This document shows positions 39,420 to 52,602 of a stretch of 64,000 nt of DNA, one piece after another (position 1 is the first letter of the stretch; the number at the start of each line of letters is the position of its first letter). This stretch comes from Gammaproteobacteria bacterium. GTDB taxonomy: Bacteria; Pseudomonadota; Gammaproteobacteria; UBA4575. Under the pieces are notes generated by a model. The model had not been told where the DNA came from. It was given only the letters and a program-made list of their open reading frames with translations, and did no database searches. The stretch covers positions 352,001 to 416,000 of the forward strand of contig CBDEUS010000002.1 in assembly GCA_965243395.1 (NCBI GenBank). The letters run 5' to 3'. The translations under genes were made by a program, and so were the position numbers.

Positions 39420-39724
39420 TTTGCACCTCCTAAATTTATATTAGAAACCAGTATATTTGTTATTTATAAATTCACTTTATTAATTAAATTAAATTTTTCG
39501 AGATTAAGCCTACCAAATTAGTCCTTTTTCCTTATTATAATCTTAGACTTGAACCAGCCACGTTAATAACGATAAATTTGGGAAAGCTTATGTATGAACT
39601 TATTTATTTAGTATTCCTCGCAATCGCAGTTTTGATCATCTGGAGCAATCTTGGTAAGTCGGATTGAGTTTATTCATTCAACCTCATAAATAAATCACTG
39701 TGCTAAGAATTTCTGTGGCACATT

Positions 39725-39770
39725 AAAAAAGGCGGCGATTCAATTCACATTGAATGCACCGCCTTATTTT
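39725..39770 (-). terminator. Intrinsic terminator after katG
   Basis: AAAAAAGGCGG...ATTCAA/TTGAAT...CCGCCTT hairpin with A tract. Confidence 0.7.
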
Positions 39771-39779
39771 CAGTTACGC

Positions 39780-41996
<2,217 letters not shown>

Positions 41997-42045
41997 TTAA
42001 AATTTCATTGGATGTAATAATACGTACCCCTCTATCATTTATAAA

Positions 42046-42082
42046 TTATATTATTTATATTGTAATAATCGAATATTTCAAT
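42046..42082 (-). promoter_or_regulatory. OxyR-binding site upstream of katG
   Basis: ATTG-N7-CGAT-N7-ATAT-N7-ATAA tetrad spacing; near copy sits at the oxyR start. Confidence 0.65.
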
Positions 42083-42308
42083 CATATAGACTACTGAACA
42101 GTTTGCACTTTATTATGCACACACTACGCACTATAGGTGTTTCAATTCGGCTACACCTAAGCGTTAAGAAATGACTTTAGAAAGCTAATAAAATACTAGC
42201 TAGAGTAAGTTTGAATTTAATTGCAGGAAGTGCGGTTAATTTAAGTTAGGAAGCAAGGGAATAGCGTTCAGACTTAGAGAAAGTGGGAGTTGTTGGAGAG
42301 AGAGGTTC

Positions 42309-42402
42309 ACTATCTGGCAATTCCGCTGTCCTAGAATCCTTGCTTCCTTAGACCGGTAATTTTGCGCCCCTAGCTTTCACTAGGTTTGCCCTTTTCAGTA
42401 GT
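42309..42402 (-). ncRNA. Cyclic di-GMP-I (GEMM-I) riboswitch aptamer
   Basis: Minus strand AAAAGGGCAAACCTAGTGAAAGCTAGGGGCGCAAAATTACCGGTCTAAGG...GACAGCGGAATTGCCAG: GGCAAACC, GAAA tetraloop, GCAAA, CCGGTCTAA receptor and P1 pairing. Confidence 0.9.
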
Positions 42403-42706
42403 AAAATTACTCCTCAGTAATCAACTAACAAATACAGTGTAGTAACTATCTCAGTAAAATTAGTTGAGCCTTCTCACAGTTTTTCTCAACTACCGCTCAT
42501 CTCAACGGTTAAAAATTCATTTTTAATCAGAGCCTTATATGCATTCACGAATGAGTGGTGCAATATGCCCGATGAAAATAAATTGTATAACTGTAGTTTT
42601 TAACCATCTGAAAATTAGATTGCTATCATGAAAACAATCAAATTTACTTGTGGATATCAAAGCTGCAAAATTTGTGAATAATTTAATTTACATTGTGGCG
42701 GGAACA

Positions 42707-43114
42707 ATGAAAAAAATACTTTACAACTCTATAGGTGGAATCTCGCTTAGTTTAGGTATTGTAGGTGCTTTTTTACCATTGTTACCTTCTACTTGTTTTG
42801 TTTTATTAGCCGCGTGGGCATTTGCTAAATCTTCGCCCGCATTTCATGCTTGGCTAATGTATAAGTCGCCCTTTGCACAGTCAATTCAAGATTGGCAACA
42901 ACATCGGCTTATCCCTATAAGAGTGAAATGGATAGTAACAATTTCAATTGTTGCCTCTTATTCCATTACCCTTGTATTAATTGAAAATGTATATGTGTTA
43001 GCAGCACTGGGTGCAGGTTTGCTTGCTTTATTGGGATACTTACTTTCTAAGCCTGCAAGTATTGAGTCAACTACTTACCAGCACACTCCAGAATTACATC
43101 GGCCAGTAATTTAA
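42707..43114 (+). CDS. YbaN/DUF454 family membrane protein
   Basis: LGIVGAFLPLLPSTCFVLLAAWAFAKSSP; likely start MKKILY. Confidence 0.88.
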   Translation: MKKILYNSIGGISLSLGIVGAFLPLLPSTCFVLLAAWAFAKSSPAFHAWLMYKSPFAQSIQDWQQHRLIPIRVKWIVTISIVASYSITLVLIENVYVLAALGAGLLALLGYLLSKPASIESTTYQHTPELHRPVI

Positions 43115-43970
43115 ATTCATGTTTTCTAACACTAGACTTACGCCAGGCAAGACCAATTTCGCGATATGATTTATCTTTTAAAACCTTCGTTTGAACTTTA
43201 GTGTTCTTTAACAAGCCACTATCGATTGCCATTTGTGGAATAAATGTTACGCCTAGGTCACTATCCACCATCTGTATAAGACTGTATAGACCACTGGCGG
43301 AAAATTTACTTATCTTTGCTTTGCGTCCCAAACTGCAGGCACTCAATGCATGATCACGCAAGCAATGCCCATCTTCTAATAATAATATCGCTTCTTTATT
43401 AAGTTTGTTTGGTGAAAAATTATCTGGGTCAATCAATACTGTATCTTTTTTATATGCGAGCTTGAATGGGTCATTATAAATTGATGTGGTTTCGGTATTC
43501 TTAAGATCGAATGGAAGAGCAAGTAAAAGTAAATCTAGTTCGCCATCTAGTAATAATTCGTGAATTTTTTTTGTTTGTTCTTCTTTTAGGTAAAGCTCTA
43601 ATTTAGGAAATTTCTTGCGAATTTTTGGCAAAATCTTGGGTAATAAGAAAGGTGCAATAGTCGGTATTACACCCATTTTAAGCACTCCGCTTAGAGGTTC
43701 TTGTACAGATTTTGCGATATCGACGATTCCTTCAATATCAAAAATAGCTAACCGCGCTTGTTGTGCTACCAGCTTTCCTGCAGAGGTAAACACCACGCTA
43801 CGGTTGGTGCGATCAACCAAGCAAACATTCAATAATTCCTCTAGATCCTTAATGGCTACACTAAATGCTGACTGGGTAACAAAACACGCCTCGGCTGCCC
43901 GGCCAAAATGCAAGTGCTTTTCCAGAGCAATCAAGTAGCGAAGTTGTTTAACAGTGGGGAGATTAGCCAT
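43071..43970 (-). CDS. oxyR: Hydrogen peroxide-inducible genes activator OxyR
   Basis: LysR HTH HFGRAAEACFVTQ; GVIPTIAPFLLP; LLEDGHCLRDHALSAC with both redox Cys. Confidence 0.92.
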   Translation of the reverse strand: MANLPTVKQLRYLIALEKHLHFGRAAEACFVTQSAFSVAIKDLEELLNVCLVDRTNRSVVFTSAGKLVAQQARLAIFDIEGIVDIAKSVQEPLSGVLKMGVIPTIAPFLLPKILPKIRKKFPKLELYLKEEQTKKIHELLLDGELDLLLLALPFDLKNTETTSIYNDPFKLAYKKDTVLIDPDNFSPNKLNKEAILLLEDGHCLRDHALSACSLGRKAKISKFSASGLYSLIQMVDSDLGVTFIPQMAIDSGLLKNTKVQTKVLKDKSYREIGLAWRKSSVRKHEFKLLADVILECAGK

Positions 43971-44033
43971 CTATAAAAACGATTACTATCATATAAATAA
44001 TGAAATTTACTTATAGCAAGAATTGCTTAAGAT
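43969..44033 (+). promoter_or_regulatory. OxyR site plus divergent sigma70 promoter
   Basis: ATCT-N7-CGAT-N7-ATAT-N7-GAAA, followed directly by TTTACT-16 nt-TAAGAT. Confidence 0.55.
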
Positions 44034-44039
44034 AGCTAG

Positions 44040-44165
44040 CCATAGAAACTAGGTTAAAGGATTTTCATTGCTCTGATGTGTAATTTATAAAACTCTGAAG
44101 ATACTCCTCCCTCCCAACTCCCTATTTTCTTTAGATATTACATCCATCAGAGCAATGTTTTTTTA
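44040..44165 (+). ncRNA. Candidate OxyR-activated sRNA (OxyS-like position)
   Basis: Long hairpin CATTGCTCTGATG...CATCAGAGCAATG with a U tract; apical loop CTCCTCCCTCCCAACTCCC. Confidence 0.6.
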
Positions 44166-44170
44166 AGCCT

Positions 44171-44728
44171 TTACTGTTGAGACTCCATGACTTGCTGTGC
44201 TCGTTCAACGTAATCTTGATAAGCGGGAATCGCAATTGCGGCCAATATTCCAATCAAGAATAATGGAACAATCAGTCCTGTAATAATCAACAGTGGTGAA
44301 TTCTTTTCAGGTTGCAAGCCATAGTTATTTGATCCCTTTGTACCAGGCCATAAAAGAACATAAAGGCCAAAGATGATTCCAACAATAGGTATAAATATAA
44401 ATAACTGCCACCAACCGCTCTTATCTAAATCATTTAACCTGCGCTTCATTAAAATGATGGAGAAAATTAGTAAGGGTAAATAGAAAACTAGTACAAGTAA
44501 CACGCCCGCAGTTTCTGAGCCCCCAGTACTGGACGCGAAAATAGGAATCAAGATCGCAGCCGCTATACCTATAATGACCACCGAAACCATTGTGGCAAGC
44601 ATTCCATAGGCCAAGTATCTTAATCTGCCAATTCTGCCATTTACGGCGAATATTTTTGGTTGGTAGGTATCTGATGACGAGGTTGTAGTGACAGACTTCG
44701 GGCTTTCATAAGGATTTACAGCTTCCAT
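44171..44728 (-). CDS. DUF805 membrane protein with C-terminal pilin-like helix
   Basis: GRIGRLRY, KRRLNDLDKSGW, PGTKGSNNYG; tail GILAAIAIPAYQDYVERAQ. Confidence 0.85.
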   Translation of the reverse strand: MEAVNPYESPKSVTTTSSSDTYQPKIFAVNGRIGRLRYLAYGMLATMVSVVIIGIAAAILIPIFASSTGGSETAGVLLVLVFYLPLLIFSIILMKRRLNDLDKSGWWQLFIFIPIVGIIFGLYVLLWPGTKGSNNYGLQPEKNSPLLIITGLIVPLFLIGILAAIAIPAYQDYVERAQQVMESQQ

Positions 44729-44820
44729 AAATCTCTCCTTTTAAATTGGAATGAGAATTTGTTCTAGTTACCTAGAACAAAAGGAATAATACCCTGATTA
44801 ATCTGCCAACGATGTAATGA

Positions 44821-45405
44821 TCAGTGAATAATATCCAAAAATTCTAATACTTCATCAGCTGTTGCCCGATCTCCGTGATTATCACTTACTTTTGCAAACT
44901 GTATATAGCCATCATGGTCAATAACAAACGCCGCGGGATACGCTGTTTCATTTGGATCATTCCATCTAAGTTTTAACTGATTAGTAATTTTATAATCCTG
45001 GTCTAAAACAAAAATTAAATTATTTGGTAAATCAACTTTTTCTTCTAACGGCGCAGTAAATTCTTTGGCGCGTTTTTCTAAGTTTTTTACTTTACCTGGA
45101 TAAATAAATACAACCGGTGTATTTCTTTGTGCTTCAAATGCTTCAGCTTTGGCAATATACCCAGCAACTTGGGTAGAACAAATTGGGCACTGACTACCAG
45201 GAAAGCCGCGCAACATTATTAATACGACGGATCCTTTTTCAACTAATTTAGATAACTTGAATTCTGCACCATAGATGGTGGTCCCGGTAATTTCGCCTAT
45301 TTTGCTGCCTTCTTCAGGACCTATCTTTAAGTCTTTTGTGTGTGCAATGCTAGACGATAATAGTAATGCGCTTAAAAATATAAAAATATGCATGATTTTT
45401 TTCAT
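44821..45405 (-). CDS. Exported AhpC/TSA (peroxiredoxin-like) redoxin
   Basis: Signal peptide; LRGFPGSQCPIC; AYPAAFVIDHDG. Confidence 0.8.
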   Translation of the reverse strand: MKKIMHIFIFLSALLLSSSIAHTKDLKIGPEEGSKIGEITGTTIYGAEFKLSKLVEKGSVVLIMLRGFPGSQCPICSTQVAGYIAKAEAFEAQRNTPVVFIYPGKVKNLEKRAKEFTAPLEEKVDLPNNLIFVLDQDYKITNQLKLRWNDPNETAYPAAFVIDHDGYIQFAKVSDNHGDRATADEVLEFLDIIH

Positions 45406-45465
45406 AGGATTACCTTAAATTGTTTACCAATAATCTGATGGCCTTAATCGACAATGGTTCTACCG

Positions 45466-45843
45466 CTAATCAAATCTTTTCAGCTTTTCAATGTTTTGCT
45501 CCCAGTTTTTGCCGTCGAACTGTTCTACTGGGTACGAACTAACATCAAAATCATCTAAACAACGTGCATTTACACTTACACCATTTGGGTGAGATCTTGG
45601 AATATAAAAAGACTTAACACCACAGATTTTACAAAAATGATGTTTTGCCTCATGTGTGTCAAATGTATATGTAGAATAACTTCCTTCGCCAGTTAACAGT
45701 TTAAATTTTTCTTTTGGAACAATTAAATGCAGGTAAGCTGTTTTTGAGCAAATGGAACAATTACACTCAACCAAATTAGTGCCCTCAGGTACATCAATTT
45801 CAAATTTAATTGCACCACAGTGACAACCACCTGTATTAATCAT
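45466..45843 (-). CDS. GFA/CENP-V family protein
   Basis: GGCHCG, CNCSIC, HHFCKICG. Confidence 0.9.
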   Translation of the reverse strand: MINTGGCHCGAIKFEIDVPEGTNLVECNCSICSKTAYLHLIVPKEKFKLLTGEGSYSTYTFDTHEAKHHFCKICGVKSFYIPRSHPNGVSVNARCLDDFDVSSYPVEQFDGKNWEQNIEKLKRFD

Positions 45844-46430
45844 GATGCATCTACAGTCATTTTACGCAAAGTTCGATCTTTCTTAACAAAGTGATGATAT
45901 AAAGCCGCAAGTATATGACCAAACACTAATAATAGAACGATTAGCTCACCCCCCAGTTCTTTGTGTATATAATCTATCGGTTCTTCAAATTCCTTGAAAG
46001 TCATATTCAAACCATTTGTTACAAGAGCAGTAAATAATTGAGTACTCTCGAACTTAGTAATATCAAAAAGAAAGAAATATTCTGTATTCACGCCGGTGCC
46101 AATATATCCGGTCAACGGCATAATAATTATCATGGCATATAACAAATAATGTCCTAATTTCACTGCTATGTGTGCCATTCTGCTACCAGGTTCTTTATCA
46201 GGAACACGGTTCATAATGCGCCAAAGGACACGTAAGGTAACTAACACTCCTATAGTAATACCAACAGAAAGATGTAGTTGTAATGCAGTCCAGTTTTCAG
46301 GAGTGTCTTCTACGGTAAACCAATGACGGTATTTTACCGACGCATATGAACATAAAAATAATACTGCGATGCTCCAATGCAACCATTTTGCAATTGAACC
46401 ATATGCAAATTGTGAATTTTTCAGTGCCAC
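45840..46430 (-). CDS. Cytochrome b561 (CybB/YceJ family)
   Basis: KWLHW, LHLSVG, GHYLLY...PLTGY, HILAALYHH; GTG start. Confidence 0.88.
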   Translation of the reverse strand: MALKNSQFAYGSIAKWLHWSIAVLFLCSYASVKYRHWFTVEDTPENWTALQLHLSVGITIGVLVTLRVLWRIMNRVPDKEPGSRMAHIAVKLGHYLLYAMIIIMPLTGYIGTGVNTEYFFLFDITKFESTQLFTALVTNGLNMTFKEFEEPIDYIHKELGGELIVLLLVFGHILAALYHHFVKKDRTLRKMTVDAS

Positions 46431-46475
46431 AGGAGAATTATAAACTCTTGTGTTAGAAATAATACTAAGCGTTTG

Positions 46476-48305
46476 TTATTCGACGGTTACAGACTTTGCA
46501 AGGTTTCGAGGTTGATCCACATCCGTATCTTTTAGAATTGCAACATGGTAAGCAAGAATTTGTAGTGGGATAGTAAAAATGATGGGCGCTACTGCATTAT
46601 CAGGCGCATCTACTTCAATCACTATGGTATCGGGTTCAGAAACGAATCCTGAACTTACATCCGCGAACACATGTAATACTCCTCCACGCGCACGAACCTC
46701 TTCAAGATTTGATTTTAGTTTTTCAAGTAATTCATCATTGGGCGCAACCGTTATTACAGGTATTTTATCGTCTACTAAGGCAATAGGCCCATGCTTCAAT
46801 TCACCGGCTGGATAGGCTTCTGCATGAATATAAGAAATTTCTTTTAACTTTAAAGCACCTTCCATCGCAACAGGGTGATGAATACCTCTGCCTAAAAATA
46901 AAGAATGGTTTTTATCTCCATAGTGTTTGGCAAGTTTTTTAATGGTCGGGTCAAGCTGAAGTACTTTATTAATACGTGCAGGCAGGTTCATTAGCTGCTC
47001 GACAAGAATCTTTTCCAATTCATCATGCATACCATGACGTCGCCCAGCGGTAATTACTATGAGTAAGAGTGCCACAAGCTGTGTTGTGAACGCCTTAGTC
47101 GATGCAACGCCAATCTCTGGTCCGGCATGTGTCATAAGGACAAGATCAGATTCACGCACTAATGAGCTTTCTGGCACATTACAAATGGCTAGTGTTCCTA
47201 TGTAGTCTTCATGTTTTGCCTGTTGCAATGCTGCAAGTGTATCCGCGGTTTCGCCTGACTGTGAAATCGTCACAAACAAAGTGTTTGCTTGCACTACATG
47301 TTTACGATATCGAAACTCACTGGCCACATCTACATAACATGGAATTCCCGCAAGTTCTTCAAACCAAAATTTCGCGATCAATCCAGCATGATAACTGGTA
47401 CCGCACGCGACAATTTGGACCATTTTAGTTTTGTCTAAAATTTCTTTTGCCTGTGGTCCAAGAATTTGTTCCGCTACCCTTCCACTAATGAGCCTGCCTT
47501 CCAAAGTGTCCGAAATGGCTTGCGGTTGCTCATAGATTTCCTTGAGCATGTAATGCGGGTAGCCACCTTTTTCAGCTGCTTCTGCAGATAGCTTACTTGT
47601 TGTAATTTTCCGCTCTGTTTTTGATCCAGTTTGATCATACACATGAATCGCTTCGCGACTGATCTCTGCTATATCGCCGTTCTCCAAAAAAATAAATTTA
47701 TTTGTTTCTTTTATTAAAGCTTGTACATCCGAAGCAATGAAATTCTCTTTTTCACCTATGCCAATCACAAGCGGACTGCCATGTCTTGCCGCAATTAATT
47801 TTTCGGGATCATTTTTATCGATCACCCCCAACGCGTATGCGCCTTTAATATCGTTTATTGTTTTTTGAACCGATTCAAATAAAGATAAGCCTTGATCCAA
47901 ATAAAATACAATTTGGTGCGCAATGACTTCAGTATCTGTGTCAGAAGAAAAATTAAAGCCTTTTTCGATTTGTTGTGCTTTTAATTCTTCAAAGTTTTCA
48001 ATAATACCGTTGTGCACAATAGCAACTTGGTTATTAGAGATATGTGGGTGAGCATTGTTTTCTGCCGGCGCTCCATGTGTGGCCCACCGCGTGTGTGCAA
48101 TGCCAAGCTGGCCAATTAAAGCGGATTCATCAAGTGCTAAACCTAATTCATTTACTTTACCGGTTTTGCGAATTCGTTTTAGTTCGCCATCCATTAATAT
48201 CGCCATTCCGGCAGAATCATAGCCGCGATATTCCAGTCGACGCAGCCCTTCTAGTAATACTGGCGATACATCTCGATTAGATATGGCTCCAACAATTCCA
48301 CACAT
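46476..48305 (-). CDS. glmS: Glutamine--fructose-6-phosphate aminotransferase
   Basis: MCGIVG, HTRWATHG, PRNLAKSVTVE. Confidence 0.99.
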   Translation of the reverse strand: MCGIVGAISNRDVSPVLLEGLRRLEYRGYDSAGMAILMDGELKRIRKTGKVNELGLALDESALIGQLGIAHTRWATHGAPAENNAHPHISNNQVAIVHNGIIENFEELKAQQIEKGFNFSSDTDTEVIAHQIVFYLDQGLSLFESVQKTINDIKGAYALGVIDKNDPEKLIAARHGSPLVIGIGEKENFIASDVQALIKETNKFIFLENGDIAEISREAIHVYDQTGSKTERKITTSKLSAEAAEKGGYPHYMLKEIYEQPQAISDTLEGRLISGRVAEQILGPQAKEILDKTKMVQIVACGTSYHAGLIAKFWFEELAGIPCYVDVASEFRYRKHVVQANTLFVTISQSGETADTLAALQQAKHEDYIGTLAICNVPESSLVRESDLVLMTHAGPEIGVASTKAFTTQLVALLLIVITAGRRHGMHDELEKILVEQLMNLPARINKVLQLDPTIKKLAKHYGDKNHSLFLGRGIHHPVAMEGALKLKEISYIHAEAYPAGELKHGPIALVDDKIPVITVAPNDELLEKLKSNLEEVRARGGVLHVFADVSSGFVSEPDTIVIEVDAPDNAVAPIIFTIPLQILAYHVAILKDTDVDQPRNLAKSVTVE

Positions 48306-48330
48306 GATTCAATAAGTATACTCGCTTAGT

Positions 48331-49692
48331 TTAATTATTTTTTTTAGGGCGCTGCCAACTATCAATGGTAATTTGTTTGCTGCGCGACAAGGTTAATTTT
48401 TCTTTAGGAGTATCTTTAGTAATGGTAGATCCCGCTCCTATCGTTGCGCCATCGCCTATATTTACTGGAGCAACAAATTGCGTATCTGAACCTACAAATA
48501 CATTGTTGCCAATCGTGGTGCGATATTTGTTTGCTCCATCATAATTACAGGTAATAGTACCGGCACCAATGTTTACGCCTTTACCAATTTCACTATCGCC
48601 TATGTAGCTCAGGTGGTTAATTTTGCTGCCAGATTTTACCTCGGATTTTTTCATCTCAACAAAATTGCCTACTTTAACCTGTTCAGCTAATACGGTTTCA
48701 GGGCGAATACGCGCAAACGGACCAAGTTCGCATCGTTCACCTATAATGGAGTTTTCAATATGGCAATTTGCATGAATTTTAGTGGCTGCTTTTATCTTTG
48801 AATTAATTATCACAGCATTTGCACCAATATAAACACCATCCCCCAATTCATTGTCACCAATAAATACTGTATTGACATCGATTTCGACGTCTTTCCCTGT
48901 AGATAATTTACCCCGCACATCAATACGCGTGGGATCAATAAGAGTTACTCCATTATGCATGAGTTGATTGGCTATTTGACTTTGTAAAACTCTTTCGACA
49001 TACGCAAGATGTTGTTTGTTATTTACACCAAGAACTTCTTCCTCATTATCGCAAATAATTGCTTCAACCGAAGCTTGGTCACTTATAGCCCGTTCAACAC
49101 AATCTGTTAAATAAAATTCTTTTTGAGCGTTTTGATTATTAATATTCGATAACCAATGTTTCAATTTAGCTGCATTGCTCGCAAGTATGCCGCTGTTGAT
49201 TTCATTAATCTTTAATATCTCATCATTTGCATCTTTTTGCTCAACTATACATTTTAGTTTACCGTCTTTGCGCACTATGCGTCCGTAACCTGTTGGATCA
49301 TTTAGTTTGGCAGATAAAATTGACAATTGATGTTTCGATAAACTATCAATAAGCATTTGCAAAGTTTCTGTTCTTAATAAGGGGACATCACCATATAAAA
49401 TTAAAATATTTTGCTTATCGTCAATACTTGGTAATGCTTGTTGCACAGCGTGACCCGTTCCCAATTGTTCACTTTGCAAACACCAATTTATTTTTTCATC
49501 GGAAAATGCAGTTTGCACCAGATCAGCTCCATGCCCTACAACAACATGAATAGTATTTGGTGTTAATTGCTTTGCAGTATTAATTACATATTCGAGCATA
49601 GGCTTACCGGATACTTTATGTAGCACTTTTGGTAAGTCGCTATGCATACGTATGCCTGCACCGGCAGCAAGAATGATGACTTCTAGTCCCAT
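48331..49692 (-). CDS. glmU: Bifunctional GlmU
   Basis: LAAGAG.RM.S.LPKVLH, QLGTGHA, hexapeptide repeats, GAGTITCNYDG. Confidence 0.98.
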   Translation of the reverse strand: MGLEVIILAAGAGIRMHSDLPKVLHKVSGKPMLEYVINTAKQLTPNTIHVVVGHGADLVQTAFSDEKINWCLQSEQLGTGHAVQQALPSIDDKQNILILYGDVPLLRTETLQMLIDSLSKHQLSILSAKLNDPTGYGRIVRKDGKLKCIVEQKDANDEILKINEINSGILASNAAKLKHWLSNINNQNAQKEFYLTDCVERAISDQASVEAIICDNEEEVLGVNNKQHLAYVERVLQSQIANQLMHNGVTLIDPTRIDVRGKLSTGKDVEIDVNTVFIGDNELGDGVYIGANAVIINSKIKAATKIHANCHIENSIIGERCELGPFARIRPETVLAEQVKVGNFVEMKKSEVKSGSKINHLSYIGDSEIGKGVNIGAGTITCNYDGANKYRTTIGNNVFVGSDTQFVAPVNIGDGATIGAGSTITKDTPKEKLTLSRSKQITIDSWQRPKKNN

Positions 49693-49863
49693 ATTGGCTC
49701 TAATTTTTTTCCAAGAATTGTTTCTTTATAAACCGTAACATTACTTACTGTTATTAGAGTGTATGCTAGCGCAGTATATAAAGGGAAAGCTTTATTTGAA
49801 CAGCTGTGGAATTCAGCGGATAGAATTCCCTGTAAAGTCGTAAGAAGTTGTTTTAATTGAAAA

Positions 49864-50286
49864 TTATTTGCGAATCTTGCGCATGCGTTCAATCATGCGT
49901 AATTGCTCTGCGGCTCTGATCAACTCAGCTTGCGCTTTAGCTGCATCAAAGTCCCCTTTCTGGTCTTTCAATGCCTCTTCGGCACGCTGCTTGGCTTCTA
50001 GTGCTTTGGCTTCATCAAGATCTTCTGCACGGATAGCGGTATCGGAAAGCACTGTAACGACATGCGGTTGCACTTCGAGTATGCCACCTGATACATACAA
50101 ATATTGGTCTTCTTGACCATCGATTTCAATTTTCAATTCACCAGGTCGCAATCCAGTTACTAATGGTGTGTGTCTTGGATATATCCCAACATCGCCCATC
50201 TGGGCCGGTGCAAATACAGCATTGATCGTGCCGGAGAAAAGTTCTTTCTCGGCACTTACCACATCTAAATGCATGGTCATGGACAT
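49864..50286 (-). CDS. atpC: ATP synthase epsilon subunit
   Basis: [19 protein letters not shown]. Confidence 0.97.
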   Translation of the reverse strand: MSMTMHLDVVSAEKELFSGTINAVFAPAQMGDVGIYPRHTPLVTGLRPGELKIEIDGQEDQYLYVSGGILEVQPHVVTVLSDTAIRAEDLDEAKALEAKQRAEEALKDQKGDFDAAKAQAELIRAAEQLRMIERMRKIRK

Positions 50287-50288
50287 AT

Positions 50289-51671
<1,383 letters not shown>

Positions 51672-51705
51672 TTATCCTCTTTAACTGTATTTTAAAAATA
51701 AACTA

Positions 51706-52569
51706 TTAAACCGCAGCAGCACCGCCAACGATTTCTGAAATTTCTTGTGTAATTGCCGCTTGGCGTGCTTTGTTATAGGCAAGTTGCAACTCGGAAATAA
51801 GTTCGCCTGCATTGTCTGAAGCACTTTTCATCGCAATCATTCTCGCTGCCATCTCGCATGCAACATTTTCTACTACACTTTGATAAACAATCGACTCTGT
51901 ATAGCGTGTTAGTAATCCATCTAATACTTCTTTTGCATCAGGTTCATAAATGTAATCCCAATGATGCTTCAGCTCGTCATTATCTTCAGGTTCTAAAGGT
52001 AACAAAGTAGAAACTTTTGGTTTTTGTGTCATGGTATTTACAAATTCATTTTCAACCAAAAATACACGGTCCAGATTACCTTCCGTATAAGCGTCTAACA
52101 CTGCTTTAATAGTGCCAATCAACTCATTCAAGTGAACCTCATCACCAAGATGTGATACCTGAGAAAGTACGTGCGAACCAAACTTTTTAAAGAACTGTGT
52201 ACTCTTTGCACCAATTAAACAAAAATCGATTTCAATATTTTTTTCCTGCCATTGCTGCATATGCTTTATTGCTGCTTTAAAGGCATTGATATTGAGTCCG
52301 CCACATAAACCTCGATCAGTAGACACAATAATATAGCCGACTCTTTTTACATCAGTATGCTCTATTAGAAACGGGTGACTGTATTCAGTATTTGCATTGG
52401 CGAGGTGTCCGATTACATTCAGCATTTTTTGGGAATAGGGCCGTGTTGCATTCATACGATCTTGCGCACGACGCATTTTACTCGCGGCAACCATTTCCAT
52501 GGCTTTAGTGATCTTTTGAGTATTTTTAATACTCGCAATCTGTGTTCGTATTTCTTTTTCGTTAGCCAT
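51706..52569 (-). CDS. atpG: ATP synthase gamma subunit
   Basis: [28 protein letters not shown]. Confidence 0.98.
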   Translation of the reverse strand: MANEKEIRTQIASIKNTQKITKAMEMVAASKMRRAQDRMNATRPYSQKMLNVIGHLANANTEYSHPFLIEHTDVKRVGYIIVSTDRGLCGGLNINAFKAAIKHMQQWQEKNIEIDFCLIGAKSTQFFKKFGSHVLSQVSHLGDEVHLNELIGTIKAVLDAYTEGNLDRVFLVENEFVNTMTQKPKVSTLLPLEPEDNDELKHHWDYIYEPDAKEVLDGLLTRYTESIVYQSVVENVACEMAARMIAMKSASDNAGELISELQLAYNKARQAAITQEISEIVGGAAAV

Positions 52570-52602
52570 ACTGTTAAATTAAATAATTATTTCGCAGATG
52601 AT

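Noticed and set aside
44758-44781. Palindrome TTTGTTCTAG-TTAC-CTAGAACAAA
   Set aside because: Most simply a weak terminator or processing hairpin between co-oriented genes; nothing supports a more specific call.
46431-46500. Tn7 insertion at the glmS attTn7 site
   Set aside because: No Tn7 end or tns genes; the next gene starts 45 bp downstream.
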